The notes under the pieces were generated by a model. That model was not told the DNA's origin and did no database searches. It worked only from the letters and a program-made list of their open reading frames with translations. Below, one piece after another: positions 11,165 through 23,407 of a stretch of 64,000 bases of DNA. Both the position numbers and the translations under genes were made by a program. The DNA is taken from positions 992,001 through 1,056,000 of the forward strand of contig CBFFSA010000003.1 of NCBI GenBank assembly GCA_965644495.1. The letters are read 5' to 3'. The stretch's first letter is position 1. Every line of letters begins with the position of its first letter. Source of the stretch: Perkinsela sp. CCAP 1560/9. Lineage: Eukaryota > Protista > Euglenozoa: Kinetoplastea.

Positions 11165-12497
11165 GAGGGGCTGCGGGTGAAACCTCGCGAAACCTCGGTG
11201 AAACCTCGTGAAACCTCGGTGAAACCTCAGTGAAACCTCGTGAAACTTTGGTGAAACCTCGCGAAACTCCGCTAAAATCTCTCAAAGCCATGCTCAAGTG
11301 TAACTATTTCAACTAGTTAATACAAATAGTTATCAACCTTCGCAAGCTCTTCACACCTGTTTTCTTCACACGTTTTCAGTCTTTTTAGCCCCTTTTGCGG
11401 TTTCTTAGTACTACAATCTACATATTCAAAGCATTCTTTGAGACATTCACGTCTTTCAAAAATCGGTTCGACAACGCCACAACCACGACTACACAGGGAT
11501 TGGTTCTCTTCATTGAAATTTTTAAGAGATCTATTAATGTATGTGTCATACTAATGCTGAGGATTCACACACAATGATCCATACATGAGAACCAATACAA
11601 TCTGCACCGCATCTTTTACCCACGAAAGATCATGGTCAGTTCCCCAAAAGAAACGAAACTGGTCAAGAAAAGTAAAGTGCCTCTCAACGCGGGAGCGAAT
11701 CTTAGACAGACATTTATTGACTTTCTTTTCAGTGGAAGAGAAAACTTTGTTTCCTTTGCAGGGCACAAAGCAGTGATAGCAGCCTTGGTACCCCAAGTCA
11801 GCTAAAAACATTTCGTCCGGCTCGAGGACGTTCATCTAGAATAAGATGACCACGACGATCGATGAGGTGCAGCACTGTTCGCTCAAGGATTTTGGGCGTC
11901 ACGGACACGCCACACAGGATTCGTTTCCCGTGCAGAAAAGTATCTAAGAACCGCCCCACACGATTTTTTCCTCAATTTTGGAATTTAATTCCTCCTCACT
12001 GATCGTCAAACAAGGTCTGGTAAATACATCTTTGCGCTTCACGTATATTCGTTTCGTCGAAGCCACAAAGATGTCAAACAACTCTCCGTGAGACACCGGA
12101 TCAGGTTCAACAAGCTTGAGGCGCTCTTTTAGATCTCCCGCGTGATCCATGATTTTTCAAAAGAGTCAGAAAACGTGAAAAAGAGTTCTTTGTCTTACAA
12201 TTGTTTTACTCTATACTATTTAACTTTAATTATTAAAATTACTATTTTTAAAATGTGACAGATAACTAGGGGGGGTGATGGACGAAAAAAAAATCGAAGT
12301 GCCAAAAAGTGACTGATAACTACGGGGGGTACAGTATGTGTGTACATAAATCAAAAGAACACTTCGCTAAAATAAGGCATAGATAATCAATATTTTTCGG
12401 TGATCACCCCTACAAAATTATTGTGCATGCGAAACCTCGGCGAAACCTCGCGAAACCTCGGTGAAACTTCGTGAAACCTCGCGACCCGCAGCCCCTC
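11165..12497 (-). mobile_element. Internally deleted PIF/Harbinger/ISL2EU-type transposon
   Basis: TIR GAGGGGCTGCGGGT...ACCCGCAGCCCCTC, flanked by AT on both sides, with GAAACCTCG(G)TG subterminal arrays and a DDE_Tnp_4-like ORF inside. Confidence 0.85.
11551..11835 (-). pseudogene. DDE_Tnp_4 (IS5/Harbinger/ISL2EU) transposase C-terminal fragment
   Basis: FLADLGYQG...VP...NKCLSKIRSRVERHF contains the second D and the E of the triad. A probable N-terminal piece lies at 11944-12150. Confidence 0.85.
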
Positions 12498-13565
12498 ATA
12501 TATTCTGGCAAATTTATAATTATGTATGAAAGGGACAGAATGCATAACCATGTCCATGTCCAACATAGACAAAGAGTACCATATGTAAGTTCACTCTCTT
12601 TTACTTGCAATATCAGGTTTTCTCTTACTGTAACATGAAAATAGAAAATAAAATTTTTCTATTTTTTAGAAAAAAAATCTTTAGCTACTAGTGATATTCG
12701 CCTTACTTTGTTTGCGTCCTTATAAATATTTATGAGCCGGAATTCACAAGGCGAATTTCACGCCTCTCACGCCTCGCAGTCAACAACGTGCGCCGCCCAG
12801 CCTTTTGATGCGTGAGGGTGCAGTACCGAAATTCGAGGTCATTCGGTGTCCCCCTAATTGTCACCACGATCACAGCGAAATGCCCTTGGATGGGATGGGG
12901 CATCAGTTTCACTACAAAAGTGTTTCCCCTGGGTGTGAGTTTGAGGCTCACTGTAAGACTCGAAACCACTACCAAAAAAAGAAGGAAATATGATCTTCGG
13001 ACGCTTCGAATGGAAGAGGAGGAGCGAAACAGCACGATAACGGTGCGGCAAAATGCGGAGGTGTACGCAACGTGGGTAGTAACCCTCAACGCCGTTCTCT
13101 TTCCCCTCCACACCACAGTAACCCTCAACCCCCCCCCCCCCCCCATCTCTCCTCCACACGAATCAATTGGTCTACTCGATCGATGGGTTACTGTTCATCC
13201 CCCTTCTTTTAGGATTGGGGCTTTAGTAGAGTCATTACAAGAGTCATTATGTCAGTCGAATTTGTCCACTCAAAAGCTGAGTGAAAAGTACAATGCTACA
13301 AGTAGGAATATTTTTCGGATACGTAATAAGGACGTGCCTGCCAGTCAAAATTTGATAAAAAAGCATTGAAACGAAAAGGATGAAAGAGGATTTGTAATTA
13401 CCCACAGCACCGTTAGCCGCGAGTTTGCGCGCAACAGGAAGCGGGGTGGGCAATGCGACGGAAAGCAAGTCTGTGTGCCCTCGGGTGATCTATGGGCCCG
13501 TGGAGCGCCACATCAAGAAGCGCTTAGGACAGTTTTGCAGCCCAAAACAGGTTGCCAACACCATA

Positions 13566-14556
13566 CAGGGGTGCGAATCTAAAGGTGGGGGGGGTCTAAA
13601 ATTCGTAAAAGTTGTCCAATTTTGGAAAATAATAGCGCATTGGATAGCTCTCACAGAGTTGTATGTTTTAGGATAGGTAGCATCCGGGGTTTGGGGGGTA
13701 CCCCCCTTTCATGTAAGGGTCAAAAACACATATTGCAATACTTTAGTGATGTCAATAATTTCTGTAATTTGGATTGCAAAAGACAATTAGTAACCACAGT
13801 GCCTCCCGTTCCGACTAATAACAATTTCACAACGCTTCTTGAAACTCTTCAACGTTTTCTGAACCGTTGCAGAGTGGGTCTGTTTCAATTTAAGGAAAGA
13901 CCCCTCAATAGCGGCTTCCAGTTGCTGTCGATTTCGGGGTCGAAGAAGATTTTTGTCTGTGTCCATCACAGACCACAAATTTTCGATCGGATTCAGGTCT
14001 GGAGATTTTGCAAGCCAGGGGAGAATGGAAATTCCTGTATCACGGAACGTGGCACGCGCCTTGTTGTGGGCCGGGCAGTTGTCCATGGCAATCGTGGCCG
14101 CTGGATGTCGCTTTAAATATTGAAGAAAGCCCCGTGGCTTTTTCATAACCTGATCAAAAATTCCAACGTTTCAACCCAACGTTTTACAGTGTTCTCATGA
14201 ACACCAAAGTGCTGCGCCGTAGCGGAGTACGATCCTGTGCGCTCGTATTCCGCCACCAAAATCATGTGGTGACTCTCTTTGACGGGGGCGGGGAAAGAAT
14301 ACGATCTATCGCTCAGTACTCCACGGGAAGTCCTCGAGCGAGCGCGCTTTTGGGGCATTTTCTAGTAAAAAATGTAATTCCTGCGAGGGAAAAAAGCGAA
14401 ATGTGGTATCAAAAAATATGTACGTTAAAATCACAGGATTTCAATGACGCCTAAAACATACAACTCTGTGAGAGCTATCCAATGCGCTATTATTTTCCAA
14501 AATTGGACAACTTTTACGAATTTTAGACCCCCCCCACCTTTAGACCCGCACCCCTG
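13566..14556 (-). mobile_element. Tc1/mariner (IS630-Tc1) element, internally deleted
   Basis: TA|CAGGGGTGCG...CGCACCCCTG|TA with near-perfect ~107-bp TIRs and transposase fragments inside. Confidence 0.95.
13787..14358 (-). pseudogene. Tc1-like transposase: HTH N-terminus (14143-14358) and DDE C-terminus (13787-14146); middle deleted
   Basis: SYSATAQHFGVHENTVKRWV is HTH-like; MDNCPAH...WLAKSPDLNPIENLW is the Tc1/IS630 catalytic signature. Confidence 0.92.
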
Positions 14557-16611
14557 TAGTTATTGGAGCCCGATCTTCAAAATCTATCGCCACGTGGCGC
14601 GAGACAAAGACGACGACGGGAAATCATGTAAATCCCTGAGGATTCGAGGTGTCGATGAAGACGACGTATGAAGATAGGCTGCGGGCTACACAGCAGCGGA
14701 AACGATCTGAGCAAGGGACACTTGTAGATTTTACTGTGCGACCCAAGATCCTAATTTGAACGACTTCTTTTTGGACATGTGAGCAGAGTATTTCAAACGC
14801 CGCAATCCAGGATAAAAATTTTGAATGAATAGTAACGGAAGTCTAGTAACGGAAGGGCTTCGCTGCGTTGTGGGAGAAAGTAGTATTAATGAACAAGTAA
14901 TAGATTTAAAAGACAAGTGTCCAACAGAAGTTTGTGCGCAGCTGTGCGATCATTTCATTATTGTAGCTATCGACTCAGGTACAAAGCACCGACGTACAGC
15001 ATCCGACGTATACGTTTCGAGTTGCGGCCAATCTGTTTCATGGAACGCAGTGCGGATGAATGATGGGTGAACTGCGGATGCATGCAACACCCCTGTGCCC
15101 ATCAGATGGTGGTTCACTATTGTCGAGGTACAACAGGCGTTAAGTTCTAGAGAATGAGGGAACTATCCGGAGATGTTGGTCCACAATTGTTGAGGTAGAG
15201 CGCTAGTTCTGTGGGCACTATCCCGCATGGCAGGGAGGGTGATATACAGGTAGTCTGTGTTTGGAGGCCCCAACGTGTTTGCAGACCTTTCTCGGTGATT
15301 TTGCCTCAGTGAAAGGGGTTCACAGTGATGTCATCTAAAAACGTCCACTAGAGCGTGTCTGGAAAGTGTAGTGGGGAGTAAGCAATAAAAAGGTTTCGTT
15401 CCCAAGTGATTCTCCACATGCTCGCTGAATCACTGTGAATGACACCCAGCATAGTAATAGCATTGCGGAAGGCGGCTTGCCTCACTTTTCGCCTGATAAG
15501 GTATTCTACTCGACAGCTGATAGGTTAGGGGTGACTTCGTTAAATCTTGATGAAAGCTCGAGAAACCCCAATTAAACCTTTCCGATTTTTTGCCCGAAAC
15601 CATCACATCGAAATTTGGCGTAAGATAGGAAATTTGGCGAACATGGAATAAATTGTTAGGGTCGGTGGAATAAGCCAATTGGGTTCAGTATGATCTTACT
15701 AGTGAGAGGAATTATGCGGCCTCCGTATTTGGAAAGAAAAAAAAATGAAAGAAAAATTCCATTTCACATATTGGCCTCACGAACAAAACGTGGTCAAACT
15801 AAAGTGCGGGAATATAAAAAAAACTCACCCTAACGAAAACACACTACACATGTAACTGACAGAATAATTGGCGAATCATGACGTTTGGTCCCTTAGAAAG
15901 TTAGAATTATCAAAATTCTTCATCGTCAAAGTCCTCACTGACTTCTTCTTCAGAGTTAAACCCACCTTCAAGTTTGCGCCCAAACATGGAACAGAAACAA
16001 TTTGACTTCCTTGAGCTGAAAGCATCCCTAGAAATAGTGAAAAAGGCGCCTCGGGGGAGAATAAAGCAATCGAACCCAACATAGAGAGTCCCCACGGCAG
16101 GTAACCATAGGCGGTACGAAGAAAGTATGCAATCTGAGGCGTAATCTACTATGTAGTGGGCCTTATTATGCCAGTACATATCAGCCCAGTTGCGATTCGA
16201 CTTTCAGGAGTAGCTCCAAACATCTAGTTAACTTAAGTATCAAATGTAACTCTTGTATAATTTCATTTTAACGGAACCGTTCTGGAAAGACGATAACATA
16301 AATAATAAAAATTACACAAAAATGCAGGTAAATTTATAAATATTTTGCATACTCTGATCTGAGATAAAGTAAAAGAAAATGATCAAAATCTCAGAAAAGA
16401 TGTTCGCCGACTCTGGATGGTCGGCGGATAGTACAATGCAACCTTCGACGGGGCTGCAGAACCTTCGACGGGGCTTATCCCCTTATAAAGGGGAAACCAG
16501 CTCGTCTGATGGACGATCCTGGGAAATATCGCGGCGTCGGCCACCACAGCCGGCCCACTTCGCACGGAGCCAGATCAGATGGAAAGGTCTGAGATTATAG
16601 CCCCTTACTTT

Positions 16612-16769
16612 TTTTACTAGAAAATACCCCAAAAGCGCGCTTTGAGGGGTCTTTCCTTAAATTGAAATGGACCCACTCTGCAACGGTTCAAAGAACGTTG
16701 AAGAGTTTCAGGAAGCGTTGTGAAATTGCTATTAGTCGGAACGAGGAAACCTTTAGATTCGCACCCCTA
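16612..16769 (+). mobile_element. More deleted derivative of the 13566-14556 Tc1 family
   Basis: The transposase start (ctagaaaataccccaaaagcgcgct) is joined directly to the C-terminal segment and then the TIR tip cctttagattcgcacccct. Confidence 0.8.
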
Positions 16770-17134
16770 TATGGGCCTACTTGGACGTCGTCACCCTCGC
16801 AGGTGACCCTAAAGTGTGTGGGGAGGCTCTCGACGCCGAGGCCGACCAAGGCGAGGTCAAATATTCAATCAAGTCCCTTGGACTGAAGCTTTACTCAGGC
16901 AAGTGTAAGGAACCACCTGTTGGAACGATCTTAGTCGGATTTCTCCAGCGCCAGAGTGGCGCACTCCCGGGAAGGTGAAACTCCATGGAGCTTATATACA
17001 ATGTACACCCCCGTTCACCCTGTTTTGCCCGATATTATGCACTACGAAAAACTTCTTGAAACTGTATAAAAAGTGGTTATTCGGCGTGCTACGAAATGTG
17101 AACGTAGAAAAAATGGATAAAAATCACATAAATA

Positions 17135-18056
17135 CAGGGGGGTGCACGAAAATATGGGGGTGGTCAAAATTCGTATACCTGGGCCAATTGTGGAAAATAA
17201 TAGCGCATTCGAGAGCTCTCGCAGAGTTACGTGTCATGTGATAATGCGTTTCCCTCATTTTTAAAGTTTTCAAAAAATAAAAAAAATCATGATTTTTCAA
17301 AGTGCAGAACTCTGTATTTTTTTGAAAAAAATGCTTTTTTGTGAATTTATCGACTTTTTTGATCCTACTACACTAATATGCCCCAGAAAAGGTCATATTC
17401 GAATAATAAAAAGGTGCAGAAGCGGGGTAGGTTTTGTTATTCGCCTCGTGGGCTACTTAAAGCATCTCACAGGATACTTTCGGTAAAATAAATTGAGGAA
17501 ACTACAGTGAAGTATTCAAATACGAGTGGATTATATTACGGTTATTTTTAATTAAGATTATTTTTAGCCCCGAAAACAAATCCTTTTTTTCATGTCTATC
17601 ACCATCGACCTCACTTTCGGGGCTAAAAATAATCTTAATTAAAAATAACCGTAATATAATCCACTCGTATTTGAATACTTCACTGTAGTTTCCTCAATTT
17701 ATTTTACCGAAAGTATCCTGTGAGATGCTCTAAGTAGCCCACGAGGCGAATAACAAAACCTACCCCGCTTCTGCACCTTTTTATTATTCGAATATGACCT
17801 TTTCTGGGGCATATTAGTGTAGTAGGATCAAAAAAGTCGATAAATTCACAAAAAAGCATTTTTTTCAAAAAACTACAGAGTTCTGCACTTTGAAAAATCA
17901 TGATTTTTTTTTATTTTTTAAAAACTTTAAAAATGAGGGAAACGCATTATCACATGACACGTAACTCTGCGAGAGCTCTCGAATGCGCGATTATTTTCCA
18001 AAATTGGCCCAGGTATATGAATTTTGACCACCCCCATATTTTCGTGCACCCCCCTG
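17135..18056. mobile_element. 922-bp palindromic (fold-back) TA-flanked MITE
   Basis: Arms of ~440 bp are inverted with only a few mismatches around a ~40-bp spacer (17576-17614); TA|CAGGGG...CCCCTG|TA. Confidence 0.95.
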
Positions 18057-18923
18057 TATATTCTAGCCCCCCTAGTATATTCTAGCTGGGTTAATGTGGA
18101 GAACGAAAAGGCATTTTCTAAGGCGCACAAGGGACGTACATGGAGCATCGCGAAGGAATTAGTCAAAAAGCTCCCACGAGTCGCTCAACCAATTGCGGGT
18201 AATAAATGTGAACGGGGGTCATCAATCTTCAGCGTCACCGAAGAAAATATTTGTTCACTCTTTCCCCTCACGAATTCCGTGCCCTCGACGTAATGTACAA
18301 TGTGTAGTGCCTCACAGGCAAATTTGCTGCAAGGGGCTTCCGGGTGGCACTCGATGGTGAGTCTCCAGATCGCCATTTTTCGTCGTAAACAACAACGACT
18401 CATAGCGAATTCACAGGTGCTCAAAGTCTTGCAGGACGCGACCCCGGTACTTCGCGCAGGGGGCTTCCAAACGCTGGAAGTCTCCCACGCGACGAGCAAA
18501 CACGTTGTATGCGTGTTCTAGAGGATGTTCTATGCACCTCTCTTGCTCACCAGCCGTGGCGGATTCTGTGGGACCCCGATGCCCATGATGCGTCATGAAT
18601 CATGACTCCATTTGCCAGCATGCATTCATGAGCCTGACCATGTTGTATCATGAACCATGGAAGTAATTTGTAGCATGTACGATGGGAATACCATCCGCGT
18701 CCCACAAATCTGTATATATTTCCTGGAGCATTGCGCTCACTGAACATCTCGGGACATCTTATCCCGATGAGGCCGTTTCTCTTTGCTTTCCCGGGGCTGA
18801 TATCCCGCGCATTTCCCTGTGTCGCCGCCGAAGGCGGCAGGTTCAGCAGGAAACGCCCTTTGCGTCAACCCTGCTGAACCCAGTATCTCTACAGGTTGTC
18901 GCCCTGTATGAAAAAACAACTAG

Positions 18924-19361
18924 GGTCAAAAGGGCATATTTTTGTACCATTGTTTTTTTCAATGAAATTTCTCCCAGACGAGTGGAAAAAAATTCTTAAA
19001 CTTAAAGAATCATTTTATCGTTCCTCATTAATAATGTACAGAAATATTACAAATGCTTGTATTGCGGAATTGCAATCAACTTTCACCTTCACATGGTGCT
19101 GAAGAGTTTTTGGAAATTCTAGGAAGGAATGTTCATCCGGTAAGTAAATGGTAGGATTTTACTCACTCAAATATGTCGCACCTTTCGCAGCAGAAGCTCA
19201 TATTGTTGCGCGAAATAGATTTTTAAAGGTGATGCAAACTTTTTTTATAACAGTTCCTTTGTAATGGAGGATTTCAATAAAATATTTAAATATATTCAAA
19301 TATTACAGAAATTGTTTTCGGTCAATCGGAAGAGTTGGTACAAAAATATGCCCTTTTCACC
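18924..19361. mobile_element. Merlin-like non-autonomous element
   Basis: 26-bp TIR GGTCAAAAGGGCATATTTTTGTACCA with GG...CC ends; 8-bp TSD ACAACTAG/CCAACTAG (7/8 match). Confidence 0.7.
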
Positions 19362-19879
19362 CCAACTAGCCTACCTAGGCTGGAACTAGGGAGCCATTCA
19401 TGTATCTCTTCGGGGACGAACGGCTCTGAAAAATATCAGAGTGTGAAGAAAATATCAGAAATTGGTCACTTTTCTTGTCATGTAAGATACGCAGATACGT
19501 AAAGACTGTGAAATACGCAGGAATAACCTCTTTTGCTAGTCAGAATATTGCGAAACTGACTAAATCGACTGACTAAATCTATCGAGATTACGCGAGATCA
19601 TGCGAAAGCTCTCGGGAGCTGATTTCACCCGGGAGTGTAGTTGGACGATGCCCAAACGAGAACACGTGAGATCAAGCGAGATCATGCCCGCAGTCCTTCT
19701 GTATACAGAAGGAAAAAATGGGGGGTGGATTCGCTTAACTTAGATTTACTACAATTTTGGAAAATTACACCGCATTCGAGAGTTCTCACAAACTTACTTG
19801 TCATATGATACTGCATTTTACGTACACAGTAGTTTCCGGGTATATGCTTTTTCCTGAATACCGTAAAAACGGAAAGTAC

Positions 19880-19974
19880 AACTTTTACTTCTGAGAAACT
19901 TTTTTGAAAGTTTTTAGAATAAAGAGTGACTTTAAAGTATTTTCTTGAAAGTTTTAAAGTTTCAGTGAACCCTG
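19880..19974. mobile_element. hAT terminal fragment (same family as 22745-23376)
   Basis: CTTTAAAGTA.TTTCTTGAAAGTTTTAAAGTTTC.G.GAACCCTG matches ~23330-23376. Confidence 0.8.
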
Positions 19975-20538
19975 CCTTTTAGGACGTAAACTCTGAAATA
20001 ATAATCTAATAGTACTTTTACAGTTTACAAGTAAAAAGGCAAAGAAACCCATTAGAGCCCCAAGAATACAGGGCACCGGAAACCATTTTACCGGAAGCCA
20101 TGGACGATCGTTGAGTATGTAGAGCACAGCACCAAAGCAAGGAAATAAAACCCAAAAAGAAAAATGAAGAAAAAGACGTTCGGAAAGCTTTTTTCCTTTA
20201 TTTTCTCCTGATAAAAGTTTCCATCGATCTCTACCCATTACATAATTCAATAACCATTCCAGCATTGTAATGCGCTTCGCTTTCCTTAGTACTCGCTGTA
20301 ACCGACGTGCCGTAACCGGTGTCCCTGACGACTTTTCGGGAGTTTTGGGATCTCTCATACAATAAGCCCATATAAAGGAATGACTGAAACCTCTGAATAA
20401 CATTGTCAACAACGCGGCGAGACTAAGAGCGCCCAAAAAGTTTTTTAGTGGTGATGGGCCAAAATAGGACACTCCTATGAAAAAAGCAAAGAAGTCCCTA
20501 AAGCGTTCCATCGAAAGTGTTTTTATGGACTGCTTCAT
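19954..20538 (-). CDS. Hypothetical multi-pass membrane protein
   Basis: 194-aa ATG ORF with ~4 hydrophobic segments on the host strand; the stop codon lies inside the hAT end. Confidence 0.65.
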   Translation of the reverse strand: MKQSIKTLSMERFRDFFAFFIGVSYFGPSPLKNFLGALSLAALLTMLFRGFSHSFIWAYCMRDPKTPEKSSGTPVTARRLQRVLRKAKRITMLEWLLNYVMGRDRWKLLSGENKGKKLSERLFLHFSFWVLFPCFGAVLYILNDRPWLPVKWFPVPCILGALMGFFAFLLVNCKSTIRLLFQSLRPKRQGSLKL

Positions 20539-21201
20539 AGCCTTCTACGAGCTGCAAGGTTTCTAGTTTTGAAGTTTCCTATAGAAATTGCATACGGTGA
20601 ATCGCTGGTATAGGAGAGAGATTTTGGGACGGCGAGATCGTCAATTTGCAAGCACATATACCCAAAATAAATTAATAAGATTAATTTACACTAGTGGATA
20701 CCATATACTATGGTGGTACACCGAATATTGTCTAATTACGTGTATGTATTTCTTTTTAAAGATTTGTGTTCTTTTCTTTTTACTGCCATCCCATAAATGC
20801 CAAATGGGACACGAATCTCCAATTTTCGCATAAGGATTGTGAATAGTAGTAGTACAAACTTCCTGTGATATACTACGAATTCAATATTTCAAAAAATGTA
20901 TAAAAAACAAGTGGGAGGGAAGGGGTTTCATATTGTATAAGTTGTACAACTTCGAACGCAGATTCGAACGCGCATATCCGTTTTGATATTGCGTAAGAAA
21001 GAATTTTAATACAATGCGCCTACAAAAACATTTATGTATAAAAACATTTAGGAAGTCTGTTAAGTTAAATTTCACACTATGCAACGAAACTCACGACTCC
21101 AAAAATTTGATCTGAGTGCACCGCTCCTTATACAAGTACGATACAGCACGTTCATGTTTGCACATACGAGTTCTACAATCAATAATATTAAAATGCGCCT
21201 T

Positions 21202-21657
21202 TTACGTAATGAGATTTTCGGATCCTGGAATGCTAACTTGACCACCCGCCTTGTGTTTCAGCAGCACTCCGGGTTTTGTGCTCGTGAGCTCAGCCATTTC
21301 TTTTCTACGATATTCTATCCAAGATTCGGGCAAATTTATTGTTATACCGAGAATTTCTTTAATAACGAACGTGTGACCAGTGAGAAAAGTGTACCAGTCA
21401 GGCTGCATCATAAAGATAAGAGCGGCGTACATTGTAGGAAACATAAGTAACGAGTGTCGCAAATGAATGCGGCCCATACGATGCGCAAAGTGACCGAACG
21501 AGGCAGGGTTTGACCACCCTCGATTTGCTGGTCCACCGCTGAGCGTTATTGGATATAAATTGTTAAAAGGGGTTCGAAAAGAGATTGTAGTCCAATTGAT
21601 GCCAAGAAAATCGGGATGAAGCACACGACGTAATAAAGATCCCTTAGTGCGCGCCAT
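21202..21657 (-). CDS. Kinetoplastid mitochondrial membrane protein, possibly complex II subunit SDH8
   Basis: 151 aa with a basic N-terminus and a TM segment. GGPANRGW and GGQVSIPGSE resemble trypanosomatid SDH8 from memory; not verified. Confidence 0.55.
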   Translation of the reverse strand: MARTKGSLLRRVLHPDFLGINWTTISFRTPFNNLYPITLSGGPANRGWSNPASFGHFAHRMGRIHLRHSLLMFPTMYAALIFMMQPDWYTFLTGHTFVIKEILGITINLPESWIEYRRKEMAELTSTKPGVLLKHKAGGQVSIPGSENLIT

Positions 21658-21979
21658 AATAATTTAAAAGACAAGATCAAGAAAAATGAAATATAATTTT
21701 GATGAGATTTTAAGAAGGGGTGTCGGCTTGACTTTGACAATGCTCTGTTATTGTAATCTTTAAATCTATATTTTAAACCGAGTGATAGATAGTAAGTAAC
21801 GTTTTTTTCAAATAAAATGCGTTAGAAGTACCTTGTACTTAATAATCGAATATTAAAATCTTTACACGGCAATTCAAAAAACCAGCTTGCTTCTTTTCAT
21901 CGTCTATCTTTACTTCTTTGTCGTTTGGAAAAGTTTGGACTCTGTACGATATTCACAAAGTGGAAATAACATGGTAGCA

Positions 21980-22405
<426 letters not shown>

Positions 22406-22554
22406 CTACACACTAATTTCAAAGAAGTATAAATTTCAAGGAAGTATAAATAGTAAGTATAATAAGTACGTTTTGTTTATTCGAACATGTTATAAGAAAA
22501 CGAGATGTAACAAATCCATTAGAGGACATGAATATTAAGTAAGTAAGGTAGTTT

Positions 22555-22690
22555 CAGTGAAGTATTCAAATACGAGTGGATTATATTACGGTTATTTTTA
22601 ATTACGGTTATTTTTAATTAAGATTTTTAGCCCCAAACAAAAATACTTTTTTTCATGTCTATCACCATCGACCTCACTTTCATACGAAAC
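22555..22690. mobile_element. Left end of CAGTGAAGTATTCAAATACGAGTGG family
   Basis: Nearly identical to 17505-17618; related ends at ~2088 and ~24372. Confidence 0.75.
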
Positions 22691-22744
22691 ACAAGCCTTT
22701 ATAAAATGATCACAGACGAATCCAATGGCTTGGGCGCTTAAAAG

Positions 22745-23376
22745 CAGGGTTCGTGGAAACTTTTTTATAGTAAAAAAAAGTTTTTTTTCAGTGGATGAAA
22801 GTTACTTTAAAGTACTTTTTATACTTTTTTTTACTATAAAACTTTCAACACGGCCCTCGACCAGTCAACAAACCTCCGTTTAACGGCCGAGCCGTCAAAC
22901 ACCGATATATTAGGTCCCAAACTCTCAAAAAACGGTCTAGGAGTTGATTTCGGAAAAATATGTTTTTTCTATTTTCATCCAAAATTTTTCAGTTTTATTT
23001 TTCAAAAATTCAAATATTGCTATGATCCCCCTGGTGGGGAGGGGGGGGGGGCAGGGGGTACCCATCGGAATTGTTGAAAAACTAGTGATCTTGTCACTCA
23101 ATTCGATTCATACGTCTTTGTAAACATTTTTTTCGAAAACTCACCTGAAACGATATCGGGCCACAAATCGGGCACGACGAATTAACCTACGATAGCGAGG
23201 GAGTAGTATCTCCCTCAATAAATTGTAATGAATACAGACGAATCAAAATCATGATGAAAGAAATTCTGTGATTCTAAAGTATACGAAGAAAAAAAAAGTT
23301 TTTGAAAGTTTTTAGAAAAAAAATAAAGTAACTTTAAAGTACTTTCTTGAAAGTTTTAAAGTTTCCGCGAACCCTG
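22745..23376. mobile_element. hAT non-autonomous element
   Basis: CAGGGTTCG.GGAAACTTT TIR; perfect 8-bp TSD CTTAAAAG. Confidence 0.92.
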
Positions 23377-23407
23377 CTTAAAAGTTACTCAAAAAGTGTG
23401 TTCAAAA

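Noticed and set aside
12730-13369. THAP-like AVP motif / coding ORFs
   Set aside because: No C2CH pattern before AVP; several overlapping weak ORFs with no recognisable family.
14560-16200. Decayed protein-coding gene(s)
   Set aside because: Fragmentary frames with no identifiable motif; cannot be supported without a search.
17289-17901. Duplicated 65-aa genes on opposite strands
   Set aside because: By-product of the palindromic MITE.
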